Part shown: positions 7,986 through 18,300 of the stretch, piece by piece
Position numbering within the stretch: the first letter of the stretch is position 1
Layout: the number at the start of each line of letters is the position of its first letter
Assembly (NCBI GenBank): GCA_036386835.1
Contig: DASVUX010000011.1
Span: 456,190-520,189 of the forward strand
Direction: 5' to 3'
Source: Bacteroidia bacterium
GTDB taxonomy: Bacteria; Bacteroidota; Bacteroidia; 2-12-FULL-35-15
Length of the DNA: 64,000 nucleotides
The notes under the pieces: model-generated
The model's input: only the letters and a program-made list of their open reading frames with translations
What the model was told of the DNA's origin: nothing
The model's database searches: none
Program-made: the position numbers and the translations under genes

Positions 7986-9809
7986 ATGAAAAAATTACTG
8001 CTCTCCCTTCTTGTCTTTTCCTCCGTTATTCTTAGGTCACAGACATTTACAAGTACAACAGGCGGATCCATTCCGGATAACAATACTGAAGTATGCTTCC
8101 CCCTCGCAGTTATCGGCTTGCCTGCAGTAATAGATACTTTGTTCGGTGTGTCACAGGTATGTGTCAATCTTAATCATACATGGGACGGGGATCTTAAAAT
8201 AATGCTGAAAGCCCCGGACGGTACTTATGTAATGTTATCGAATAATAATGGCGGCAGCGGTGACAATTATACCAACAGCTGCTTTGCAATGAACGGTATC
8301 AACGGTCAGGTTGGACTGGCAGGAGCACCCTTCACAGGAACTTTTATTCCCAATGGAAATATCAACGCGGTTAATAATAATCAGAACCCGAACGGCACAT
8401 GGTACATTTGCGTGATAGACGAGGTGCCGCAGGATTTTGGAAACATGATTTCCTGTTCAATCACCTTCGGGCCTAACCCGCCACAGGGAGGAGGGGGCGG
8501 TTCAACAAGCGGTCCTTGCAGCACCACGAACGGGGCTGCATGTGTGTGTCCTGACGGAACAAGCAACTGTGATCTTTTACCTGATATGACAGCCTCTTCA
8601 CTGATTATCCAAAACCAGCATACGGAATATCCGGGATTATTAACATTAAGCAATGCAACACCAAATATCGGCTGGGGCCCGATGGAGATCCACGGCTCAA
8701 ATTCCTGCTGGTGCGATACGGTTTCCGTACCCTGTTCCACAAGTATTTGTCCTGATGGAAGCTACCCTACGCAAAAACTGAAGCAGACGATCTATCACAA
8801 AAGCGGTTCTACTATCAGTTCTTATGATATCTTAACCTCAGGGGTGATGAGCTATCACCCTACACACGGCCATGTGCATGTGGATAACTGGGCAGAATTC
8901 ACGTTGCGTTCCGCAACCTCTAATCCTGATGCCACTACATGGCCTATTATTGCTGCAGGATCAAAAATTTCCTTCTGCCTGATCAACCTGGGTGATTGCA
9001 CAAGCGATTACGGATACTGCAGGGACGGAAATTATGGGCCAATCATGACGATGGCGGATATTCCGAATTCTCCGTTTGGGATGATCAGTGGCTGCGGGAA
9101 TGACCAGGGAATTTATGTCGGCAACCTTGATATTTATAGTGAAGGGCTTCCGGGAATGTCCATTGATCTGACCGGGGTCTGTAACGGTAATTACTATATA
9201 GTTTCAGTGACCGATCCTGACAATAATTTCCTGGAAAGTGACGAGACCAATAATTGGTCTGCAACACCAATCACCCTTACCCAGCAGACGGGCGGTCCGG
9301 TAGCTTCATTTACATATTCAGGCGGCCCGAATGTGCAGTTTTATAATTCAGCAAGTATTACTTATGGTTACCAATGGTATTTTGGTGACGGAGGAACCTC
9401 TTCAAATCAAAATCCCCAGCATATGTACACAAGTAATGGTGTGTATAATGTAACCCTGATTGTGTCCAGCCCATGCGGGAATGATACAACCACCCAGCTG
9501 ATAAATGTTACCTCGGTGGGAATAGAAGCTTCCGCTCAGAATTTATTAGGATACTCAGTTTATCCAAATCCGGTTACTCCGAATACCACTGTAAGTTACT
9601 TTCTGAAGGATGCAGGGAATGTAGGATTCAGCCTCTATAATTCCATAGGCCAGGAAGTATATTCAGTCAATAAAGGTTTCCAGGCAGCGGGTCATTATGA
9701 ATTCAACCTTGACCTGGGTTCGGCAAATATCGAGAACGGTGTGTATCTGTTACAACTTAAAACAGGCACTCAAAAAGCCGGGATTCGGATTCTACAGCTA
9801 AATAACTAG
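7986..9809 (+). CDS. secreted multidomain protein: P-domain + lysyl-oxidase-like domain + PKD domain + T9SS C-terminal sorting domain
   Basis: Signal peptide present. P-domain blocks are HTWDGDLKIMLKAPDGT and NPNGTWYICVIDEVPQDFGNM. LOX-like blocks are DLLPD, YHPTHGHVHVDNWAEFTL, GSKISFCL and NGNYYIVSVTDPDNNFLESDETNN. The PKD block is WYFGDGGTS...YNVTLIV. The tail is YPNP...LLQLKTG...IRILQLNN. Confidence 0.8.
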   Translation: MKKLLLSLLVFSSVILRSQTFTSTTGGSIPDNNTEVCFPLAVIGLPAVIDTLFGVSQVCVNLNHTWDGDLKIMLKAPDGTYVMLSNNNGGSGDNYTNSCFAMNGINGQVGLAGAPFTGTFIPNGNINAVNNNQNPNGTWYICVIDEVPQDFGNMISCSITFGPNPPQGGGGGSTSGPCSTTNGAACVCPDGTSNCDLLPDMTASSLIIQNQHTEYPGLLTLSNATPNIGWGPMEIHGSNSCWCDTVSVPCSTSICPDGSYPTQKLKQTIYHKSGSTISSYDILTSGVMSYHPTHGHVHVDNWAEFTLRSATSNPDATTWPIIAAGSKISFCLINLGDCTSDYGYCRDGNYGPIMTMADIPNSPFGMISGCGNDQGIYVGNLDIYSEGLPGMSIDLTGVCNGNYYIVSVTDPDNNFLESDETNNWSATPITLTQQTGGPVASFTYSGGPNVQFYNSASITYGYQWYFGDGGTSSNQNPQHMYTSNGVYNVTLIVSSPCGNDTTTQLINVTSVGIEASAQNLLGYSVYPNPVTPNTTVSYFLKDAGNVGFSLYNSIGQEVYSVNKGFQAAGHYEFNLDLGSANIENGVYLLQLKTGTQKAGIRILQLNN

Positions 9810-9902
9810 CATTTTCCGGGTAAAACTTTCCCCATTTGATTGATTGTTAAGTGGTTTTATCGAATTGTGGATAAAATTATTGGCACATTGGGCGCAATAG
9901 GT

Positions 9903-9910
9903 TATTTTTG
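9903..9910 (+). promoter_or_regulatory. -7 box (TAttTTTG)
   Basis: Exact match 41 nt upstream of the ATG at 9951. Confidence 0.4.
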
Positions 9911-9950
9911 CTGTCTGATTTTTTATAAAAAGCAAGAAATAAAAAAATAC

Positions 9951-12900
9951 ATGAGAAAAACTTACAACCTTAAAACACGAATTGCAGCTGCAGTGGCGTG
10001 TTTTGCACTTGGCTTTACTGGCTTTGCACAGACTACGCTGATTAGTCCGACCGGAGATGGAGGATTTGAGAATGGCGGAACGTTTGCTGCAAATAACTGG
10101 AGTGTTTCCAATTCAGCGAATAACCCCTGGGTTATTGGCGTTTCCGGTGCGGTAGCGCCTGTTACCGGGAACAGTGCATTTATATCAAATGACGGAGGTG
10201 TAACAAATGCCTATACACAAGGCAACAATGCTACCAATTATTTTTGGCGGGATATTACAGTGCCTGCAGGAGAAACAAAGATCATTTTGTCTTACAACTG
10301 GAGATCACAGGGAGAAGCCAGCTATGATATCATTCAGGTATTTGTTGCGCCTACTTCAATTACACCCGTTGCTGTAGCAGCTCATCCGGGAATCGGAACA
10401 ACGAATGTGCCTCCTGGTATAGCCGGTGCTACAAATGTTGGATTTAACGAAATGGGAGGAGCAGCAACTGTAAATACCTCGACCATACTTTTACCTGCCT
10501 CGCTTGCCGGAACCACTTTCAGGCTTATCTTTTCCTGGAAGAATGAAACCGGGGGAGCTCAGCCGCCTGCAACAATTGATAACATATCACTCGTGTCGCA
10601 GGTACCGGGAAATTTCATCTCAGTTTTATCAGGTAACTGGTCTACAGCATCCACATGGAACGCTGGTGCAGTGCCAACTCCGGTAGATAACGTTACTATT
10701 TCATCAGGGAATGTTGTTACTTTAAATACTGCAGGGCCTGCAGCAAATAATGTAATAATCAACGGAACCCTCACTTTCGGTACAACACCAACCAGCTTTA
10801 CTGCAAGCGGAGATCTTTTTGTCAGCTCAACAGGAATTTTGGAAGTGTTTAATGGTACCACAGGTAAAAACCTGACGGTATCGGGAAATCTTACAAATAA
10901 TGGTGTTATAGATCTTTCAAAAGGTACTTCCGGAACTACTTCAGTTTTAACCCTGAATGGCAGTACTGTTCAAACAGTTAGCGGGACAGGAACATTTGCA
11001 ACAAATGTTATCAGGAATCTTACATTTAATAACACTGCAACTGCAATCCCAAATATTCATTGGTTCTTTAATAATATTAGCATTGCAGCGAACCTTACAT
11101 TTACAAGCGGTAAGGTAAATCTTTCTACGAATAAAATGACATTGGGAACCGGCACTGCTTCGGGTACCGGTGCAGCGGCTGTTGGAGCGTTAACTGCTCC
11201 TGTAGGCCAGGGGTTTATGCCGGGCGGTACTTTTTCACGCTGGTATACAACAGCTTCAACCGGAACTTCCATAACTGCAGGGACAGATCCTACCAATGCC
11301 ACAAGCAGATACCCATTCCTGAACTCTGCCGCTCAAAACAGGGCAATGTATATTACCAGGGCGGCATCCGGAACTGCCGGCGGACAGCTTTCTGTTAAAT
11401 ATAACGATGGTACCGGAATGTCAGCTGTTGCATTTACAGACGGAACATATAATATTGACAAAATTTATAATGGTAACTGGGTCGTATCAACTGAAGGCAC
11501 AGGAATAACTTCAGCCAGCTACGGAGCATACCTGATCGGCCAGGGAGCATATACAGCTGCAAACGGAAATACAAGAATTGTATCGAGCACCGGACCTGTT
11601 TCAGGAACAAACCAGCTTGGAACGACAACACCTGCAGGATACAGAACAGGAATTTCTTTATCCGATCTAACTAATCCCGCAGGTTTATTTCTTGGAATAA
11701 GCAATGCAGACTTTGTGTTCCCATGCAGTGGAACACCTGCAGCCGGAACAGTATCCTCTACTGCAAACCCTGCATGCCCGGGAGTGAATTTTACGCTGAG
11801 CGTAACAGGAGCGACAACCGGAGTTACCGGTTTGACATACCAGTGGCAATCTTCAACTGATGGAACTTCCTTCACGAATATCGGAGGTGCGACTTCGGCA
11901 ACTTATGTTGCCAACCAGATGTCAGCAATGTATTATCAGTTAATTGTAACGTGTACAAGCGGAGGTGCAGCAGATACCACTCCCTCTCTAATGATTCCAA
12001 TGAATATTCCGACTAACTGTTATTGCGTTCCAACCTTCACTGATGGGATCGAACCAATAACTTCAGTAGTCTTGGGAAGCATCAATAATGTCACTTCTGC
12101 AACTATTGGCGGAACACCTGCCCTGGAGAATTTCACGGCAATGTCAACCAGCATGGGACAGGGGACTGTTTCAGTGATTACAGTAAAAGGTAACACCGGT
12201 GGAAACTGGAGCGATAGCGTGGTAGTTTTTGCTGACTGGAACCAGGATGGTGATTTTATTGATTCAGGTGAAAAGTTCCGTATAGGAGTGTTGACAAACA
12301 CAACAGGTGTTGATGCGATCTCAGTCACAGGTAATATTACAGTACCGGGAACTGCAACTTTAGGAAATACACGTCTTCGTGTAATGAAGCAATATGGTAC
12401 AGCTGTAGTGAATCCTTGCCGTACAGGTACAGGATATGGACAGGCTGAAGATTATACAGTAACAGTTACTTTGCCTCCGCCATGCGTAGCCCCGTCTTCA
12501 TTAACAGCAACTTCAATTACAACAACAACCGCTTCTTTGGGCTGGAATTGTACATCATGTACAGGGACATTTGCTTTGGAATATGGCCCTACAGGCTTTA
12601 CTGCGGGTACAGGGACAATTATTAACCCTGCTGTTTCTCCTGTGGCTGTTTCAGGTCTTACAGCCAATACTGCTTACCAGTTTTATGTGGTACAGGATTG
12701 CGGAGGAGGTTCTTTCAGTACCGCTGCCGGTCCATTCACTTTCAGCACTAAAAAGCCAGGAGATGATATTTGCGATACTATTACATTAACAACAGGAGCA
12801 AACGGACCGTTCAGTAATGTGGGAAATACCGTACAAACAGGTGAAGCCGTTCCACCGGTTACAACTTATACTTCCCAGAATGGCTGGGGAAATAATACAC

Positions 12901-15266
12901 TTGAGAATACCATGTGGTTTAAATTTACTGCTCCTGCTTCAGGACGCGTAAGCATTTCTTCTACAGGATTCGATACACAGCTTGCGATATGGGCTGCATC
13001 AACTTGCGGTGCACTTACAACAGGTGCTGGAACTCTTGTTGCAGCGAATGACGATCTTAACGGAACAGTATTTACTTCTTTCGTTAGTGCCGCGAACTGC
13101 CTGACTCCCGGAGCAACATATTTTGTTCAGGTTGACGGGTGGAACGGTTCGACAGGAAATGCTACTGTAACCTTGACGGACCTTGGGGCTGCCAATGCAT
13201 CTTTCACGGGGCTCAATACTTCATATTGTGCCGGATCGGCTGCTGTAACGTTAACTCCTGCAACTGCTGGCGGAACATTCAGCGGAACAGGTGTTACAGG
13301 ATCTTCTTTTAACCCTGCAACTGCAGGAGTTGGAACTCATACAATTAAGTACAAGCTTACCGCGTGTGATTCAACTATGCAGACAGTAACGGTTAATGCT
13401 TTACCATCTGTATCAGGTATGTCAGACGATATGGATAACATAGTTTGTGCAGGTACAATGGTAACATTAACCGGCAGCGGTGCAGATTCATACACATGGG
13501 CGGGTGCAACAACCGTAACAGATGGTGTTGCGTTCACACCTTCAGCAACAGGTACCTATACAGTAACAGGTACTGCAACAGCAACAGGTTGTATGAATAC
13601 AGCAACAGTTACGGTAACTGTAAATGCCTTACCGGCAGTGGCAGGAATATCAGACGATATGGATAACATGGTTTGCGCAGGTACAATGGTAACATTAACC
13701 GGAACAGGTGCAGACTCATATACATGGGCGGGTGCAACAACAGTAACGGATGGCGTTGCATTCACGCCTTCGGCAACTGATACCTATACAGTAACAGGTA
13801 CCACAACAGCAACAGGCTGTGTGAACACGGCAACGGTTACCGTAACTGTTGAATCAATACCAGCAGTAACAGGAGTGTCAGATGATATGGACAACATAGT
13901 TTGCGCAGGCACAATGGTAACATTAACCGGCAGCGGTGCAAATACATATACATGGTCTGGTGCAACAGCAGTAACAAACGGAGTGGCATTCACACCTTCA
14001 GCAACTGATACTTATACAGTAACAGGTACAACTGCCGGCGGATGCTCAGGCACTGCTACAGTAACGGTTACAGTGAATGCTTTACCATCTGTAGCCGGTA
14101 TGTCAGACGATATGGATAACATAGTTTGCGCAGGTACAATGGTAACATTAACCGGCAGCGGAGCAGATTCATATACATGGGCGGGTACAACAACCGTAAC
14201 AGATGGCGTTGCGTTCACACCTTCGGCAACTGATACCTATACAGTAACAGGTACCACAACAGCAACAGGTTGTATGAATACAGCAACAGTTACGGTAACT
14301 GTAAATGCATTACCGGCCGTGGCCGGAATGTCAGACGATATGGATAACATGGTTTGCGCGGGCACAATGGTAACATTAACCGGCAGCGGAGCAGATTCAT
14401 ATACATGGGCGGGTACAACAACCGTAACAGATGGCGTTGCGTTCACGCCTTCGGCAACTGATACCTATACAGTAACAGGCACCACAACAGCAACAGGCTG
14501 TATGAACACGGCAACGGTTACAGTAACTGTTGAATCGACACCAGCAGTAACAGGAATGTCAGATGATATGGATAACATGGTTTGCGCAGGCACAATGGTA
14601 ACATTAACCGGCAGCGGTGCAAATACATATACATGGTCTGGTGCAACAGCAGTAACAAACGGAGTGGCATTCACACCTTCAGCAACTGATACTTATACAG
14701 TAACAGGTACAACTGCCGGTGGATGCTCTGGCACGGCTACAGTAACGGTAACAGTGAACAGCTTACCTTCATCAACTATAGCTCCATTCACAGTTCCTGT
14801 ATGCGATAACGGAGGACCAATATCACTGAATGGTGGTTCACCGGCCGGAGGAGTTTATATTGGAATAGGGGTTAGCGGATCAACATTCGATCCTACAGGG
14901 TTAAGCGGACTGAATCAGATCGGGTACACAGTAACAGATGCAAATGGTTGTTCAGCTTATGATTCAACATACATTACTGTAGATGTTTGTAGCGGAATCA
15001 CTGCTGATAACTCATCCGAAGGATTTAATGTATATCCTAATCCTGCAAACGGAATTATAAATATCACCGTTAGTTCAACTAGCAATGACCAGGTTAGAAT
15101 CAGTATTGTTGATCTCCAGGGTAAAGAAGTTTACAACGAGACTTATAATAACATCTCCGGTAAATATTCTAAACAGGTAAATATTGAGAACCTTGCAAAA
15201 GGAATTTACTACATAAAGATGAACACGGATAAAGAATCCAGGATTGAAAAGTTAATCGTTCATTAA
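9951..15266 (+). CDS. giant T9SS-secreted adhesin-like protein (GEVED domain, FN3-like domain, Ig-like repeats, T9SS CTD)
   Basis: The start is set at MRKTYNLKTRIAAAVACFALGFTGFAQ, a signal peptide. The composition is T/G/S/A/N-rich. It has a GQAEDYTVTV (GEVED-type) block and six 75-76-aa repeats. The tail is VYPNPANGIINITV...GIYYIKMN...KLIVH. Confidence 0.85.
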   Translation: MRKTYNLKTRIAAAVACFALGFTGFAQTTLISPTGDGGFENGGTFAANNWSVSNSANNPWVIGVSGAVAPVTGNSAFISNDGGVTNAYTQGNNATNYFWRDITVPAGETKIILSYNWRSQGEASYDIIQVFVAPTSITPVAVAAHPGIGTTNVPPGIAGATNVGFNEMGGAATVNTSTILLPASLAGTTFRLIFSWKNETGGAQPPATIDNISLVSQVPGNFISVLSGNWSTASTWNAGAVPTPVDNVTISSGNVVTLNTAGPAANNVIINGTLTFGTTPTSFTASGDLFVSSTGILEVFNGTTGKNLTVSGNLTNNGVIDLSKGTSGTTSVLTLNGSTVQTVSGTGTFATNVIRNLTFNNTATAIPNIHWFFNNISIAANLTFTSGKVNLSTNKMTLGTGTASGTGAAAVGALTAPVGQGFMPGGTFSRWYTTASTGTSITAGTDPTNATSRYPFLNSAAQNRAMYITRAASGTAGGQLSVKYNDGTGMSAVAFTDGTYNIDKIYNGNWVVSTEGTGITSASYGAYLIGQGAYTAANGNTRIVSSTGPVSGTNQLGTTTPAGYRTGISLSDLTNPAGLFLGISNADFVFPCSGTPAAGTVSSTANPACPGVNFTLSVTGATTGVTGLTYQWQSSTDGTSFTNIGGATSATYVANQMSAMYYQLIVTCTSGGAADTTPSLMIPMNIPTNCYCVPTFTDGIEPITSVVLGSINNVTSATIGGTPALENFTAMSTSMGQGTVSVITVKGNTGGNWSDSVVVFADWNQDGDFIDSGEKFRIGVLTNTTGVDAISVTGNITVPGTATLGNTRLRVMKQYGTAVVNPCRTGTGYGQAEDYTVTVTLPPPCVAPSSLTATSITTTTASLGWNCTSCTGTFALEYGPTGFTAGTGTIINPAVSPVAVSGLTANTAYQFYVVQDCGGGSFSTAAGPFTFSTKKPGDDICDTITLTTGANGPFSNVGNTVQTGEAVPPVTTYTSQNGWGNNTLENTMWFKFTAPASGRVSISSTGFDTQLAIWAASTCGALTTGAGTLVAANDDLNGTVFTSFVSAANCLTPGATYFVQVDGWNGSTGNATVTLTDLGAANASFTGLNTSYCAGSAAVTLTPATAGGTFSGTGVTGSSFNPATAGVGTHTIKYKLTACDSTMQTVTVNALPSVSGMSDDMDNIVCAGTMVTLTGSGADSYTWAGATTVTDGVAFTPSATGTYTVTGTATATGCMNTATVTVTVNALPAVAGISDDMDNMVCAGTMVTLTGTGADSYTWAGATTVTDGVAFTPSATDTYTVTGTTTATGCVNTATVTVTVESIPAVTGVSDDMDNIVCAGTMVTLTGSGANTYTWSGATAVTNGVAFTPSATDTYTVTGTTAGGCSGTATVTVTVNALPSVAGMSDDMDNIVCAGTMVTLTGSGADSYTWAGTTTVTDGVAFTPSATDTYTVTGTTTATGCMNTATVTVTVNALPAVAGMSDDMDNMVCAGTMVTLTGSGADSYTWAGTTTVTDGVAFTPSATDTYTVTGTTTATGCMNTATVTVTVESTPAVTGMSDDMDNMVCAGTMVTLTGSGANTYTWSGATAVTNGVAFTPSATDTYTVTGTTAGGCSGTATVTVTVNSLPSSTIAPFTVPVCDNGGPISLNGGSPAGGVYIGIGVSGSTFDPTGLSGLNQIGYTVTDANGCSAYDSTYITVDVCSGITADNSSEGFNVYPNPANGIINITVSSTSNDQVRISIVDLQGKEVYNETYNNISGKYSKQVNIENLAKGIYYIKMNTDKESRIEKLIVH
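13395..14756 (+). repeat. in-frame higher-order tandem repeat: six units (228,228,225,228,228,225 nt) arranged ABCABC, 681-nt super-unit x2
   Basis: Units begin NALPSVSG / NALPAVAG / ESIPAVTG and then repeat in the same order. Units 3 and 6 share a 140-nt identical run (gtttgcgcaggc...actgccgg). A ladder of minus-strand ORFs at 225-228-nt spacing shows the same period. Confidence 0.95.
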
Positions 15267-15283
15267 AAAAAACAAATCAAGCT

Positions 15284-15315
15284 GAAAGCCTCGCAAACGC
15301 GAGGCTTTCGGTTTT
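15284..15315 (+). terminator. rho-independent terminator
   Basis: Stem gaaagcctcgc / gcgaggctttc with loop aaac, followed by ggTTTT. Confidence 0.75.
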
Positions 15316-15328
15316 ATAAGATATTCCG

Positions 15329-15354
15329 GTTGAGGAAAATAATCCTCAACTTTT
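15329..15354 (+). promoter_or_regulatory. second hairpin + T-run immediately upstream of the next start codon
   Basis: Stem gttgagga / tcctcaac with a 6-nt loop, followed by TTTT. It ends 14 nt before the ATG at 15368. Confidence 0.5.
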
Positions 15355-15367
15355 AACCCAGATAACC

Positions 15368-18300
15368 ATGAAACACTTCTCCTATTTCAAAACAGGGATT
15401 TTTCTCCTTTTGGTTTGTTGCGCACCGGCCCTAAAGTTAAATGCTCAGGTAAGCGCGTATACATTTAGCTCCTCAGCTGGAACTTACACTCCTATAACGG
15501 GTGGAACGGTAATAACCTCGGGAACTTCCGATGACAATACATTCGGTGCATTGAACATAGGTTTTCCATTTACATATAACAATATTGTATACAACCAATT
15601 CGGATTGAATGTAAACGGCTGGATCAGTATGGGGCCTGGGGTTCCGACAAGCAGTTATACTCCTATAAGCGGAGGAACAACCAACAACATTATTTCGGGA
15701 CTCGGCCGGGATCTTCAGCTTGGGTTTAATTCCATCGGAGACAGGGTACTTGGAAGCAACACGATTACCAATGTAACGGGCACTGACGGATTTATGCCCG
15801 GAGATGTTATTACCGCTACAGGATTTCCTGCAGGCACCACAATAGTATCTGTTGGTGCGAATGCACTGACTGTTTCCAATAATGCCACTTCGAACGGAAC
15901 AGGGGTATCACTCACTGTTAACGGGGAAATAAGGTATGAAACGATCGGGACTGCACCAAACAGGGTGACTGTGATCCAATGGACCAGGGCGCGGAGGTTT
16001 GGAACTGCGGCTACAACAGGAAGAAATACATTCTATAATTTCCAGATCCGTCTTTATGAAACAACGAATGTTGTAGAAGTTGTATACGGTACTTTTGTTA
16101 CCAACCCAACCTCCAGCACTTATGAGATAGGATTGAGAGGGGCTACAAATACTGATTTCAATAATCGTTCAACAACTACTGATTGGGCGGCAACAACAGC
16201 AGGCGCAACCAACAATGCAACGCTTACCATGACAACCGCTGTTTTTCCTGCTCCAGGACAAACCTATACCTGGACTCCGCCTTTGATTTGTTCAGGGTCG
16301 CCTGTTGCCGGCAGTACAGCATCTTCCGCTAATCCGGCCTGCAGTGGTGTTTCATTTACATTAAGCCTTTCCGGCACTACTGTGGCTTCCGGCTTAAATT
16401 ATCAATGGCAGTCATCATCTGACGGTATGTCTTACTCAAACATTGCCGGAGCAACAGGGATGACTTACAATGCCACTCAAACGGCCACAACCTATTACCA
16501 GGTAATTGTTACATGTACAGGCTCTGGTTTGAGTTCTGCTTCAACTCCTGTTCATGTCACAATGAATTCCTTTTATTCGTGTTATTGTGCGGCAGTAAAT
16601 TCAGGATCAGCTTGTATCACCAATGTCACTATCAATAATCTGAACAACAGCACGCCCGGCTGCGCTGTTAATAATTACAGTCAGCAGTCAGCCACTACAA
16701 ATCTTTTCCTTGGTGCATCTTATACTTTTTCAATTACTACTGATGCAACCTCTATTACTTCCGTGTGGTTCGATTGGAATCAGAATGGTGTATTTGAGGC
16801 AAGTGAATGGTATCAGCCAAACACAACGGGGACTACAGGTTCTGTAAATGTAACCGTTCCGATGACCGCTATCACCGGGCTTACTGGAATGCGGGTCAGA
16901 TCACGCAGTTCGGGAAATGCTAACGGGGCAAATGATGCGTGTACAAATATGGGTTCAGGTGAAACCGAAGACTATATTATAAATGTAGTGGCTTTGCCTC
17001 CGAACCCGCCAGCGCCAGTGCAGGATCCTGCTCTGCCAACGTGCAGTGCCGGCACAGATCTAAGTGTTCCGGGAAGTCCTGCGGCCGGTGATGCATGGTA
17101 CTGGCAAACCACGGCAACAGGTACAAGCTTGACAAATCCCGTTTCAGGCCCATACACCGTATTCCTTAATGGAACATATTATGTCAGGACTTTTAACTCA
17201 ACAAATAATGTCTGGTCTTCCGGGGCCAGCTCAGTCGTTGTTGGCAATATTCCTGTAGCTCCTGCTCCTCCGGCACCAGTAGCAGCGGCAAGCCCTGCCT
17301 GTATGAATACTACAATATCAGTAGCTGCTCCGCCTGCCGGAACCGCGTATTTCTGGCAGGGGACAAACAACAATGGAGCAAGCAACGCTCAGCCGGCAAT
17401 GGTGCCTTTCCCTGTTTCGTCCTCAGGAACTTATTATGTAGCGGCTTATGATTCTGCTACTTCCTGCTGGTCAAATACAAGCAGCCTCCCTGTTGTGATC
17501 AATACTTTTATTCCTTCACCTCCTGCTGTAGCTGTTGACAGCATTATAATGTGCCAGGGCGGGCCTTCTGCAGTATTTACTGCAACAACGCCTTCTTCTG
17601 ACAGTGTGATCGTAAGCTTCGGTTTAAACCTGCAGTCACCCGGTACCCCGGTAACCTTTACTGTTACAGTGCCTTCAATCCCTGCCGGTGCAACAATCAC
17701 CAACACGCAATTGCAAATTGACAGCGCGTTCGCAAGAACTCCTTCCTATAGAAGCGAGATCAGGGTTGCATTATCCGGTGCAACAACTCTGGCAGCTACT
17801 CAGATATCTGCTTTAACTTCTGCAGGACTTATTGCACCTGATCCAGTGGTCACTGTTCCTAATCTTCCACTTGCAGGAGGAAACGTTACTTTGACTTTAA
17901 CAGAAACACTTAACGATGGAGGTACAACTGTTGATGCAACTTTTGGTGAAGTCAGGCTGATCATTCGGTATACGATCCCTTCTTCCACGGTCAGTTGGTG
18001 GGACGCTTCTTCCGGCGGTGTACAGCAGGGAACAGGAAGCCCTTTCCAGGCTGTTGGAACGTCACTTCTGCCAAATACAAATTTGCCGGGAACATATACC
18101 TTCTATGCAGAAGCGAATTCAGGCAGCTGTTCAAGCACGAGAGTACCTGTAAGTGTTATAATTAATCCTTTACCAATCCTAGTGTTAAATGATACAACAA
18201 TATGTTCCGGTGATCCTTATATACTAAACGCAGGAAACGGAGGATCAACATATCTCTGGAATACAGGTGACGTCACTCAGACTATATCAGCCACTATCGG

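Noticed and set aside
13337-14674. Ladder of six 66-69-aa minus-strand ORFs (MNATPSVTVV...) spaced 225-228 nt apart
   Set aside because: They are antisense reading frames regenerated by each copy of the tandem repeat inside the 9951-15266 gene. The plus-strand frame is continuous over 5.3 kb and has clear domain content, so the minus-strand ORFs are artefacts.
13395-14756. Regularly spaced repeats that could superficially suggest a CRISPR array
   Set aside because: The units are 225-228 nt and directly abut with no unique spacers. They are in frame within a coding sequence and encode an Ig-like protein repeat. No cas genes are present.
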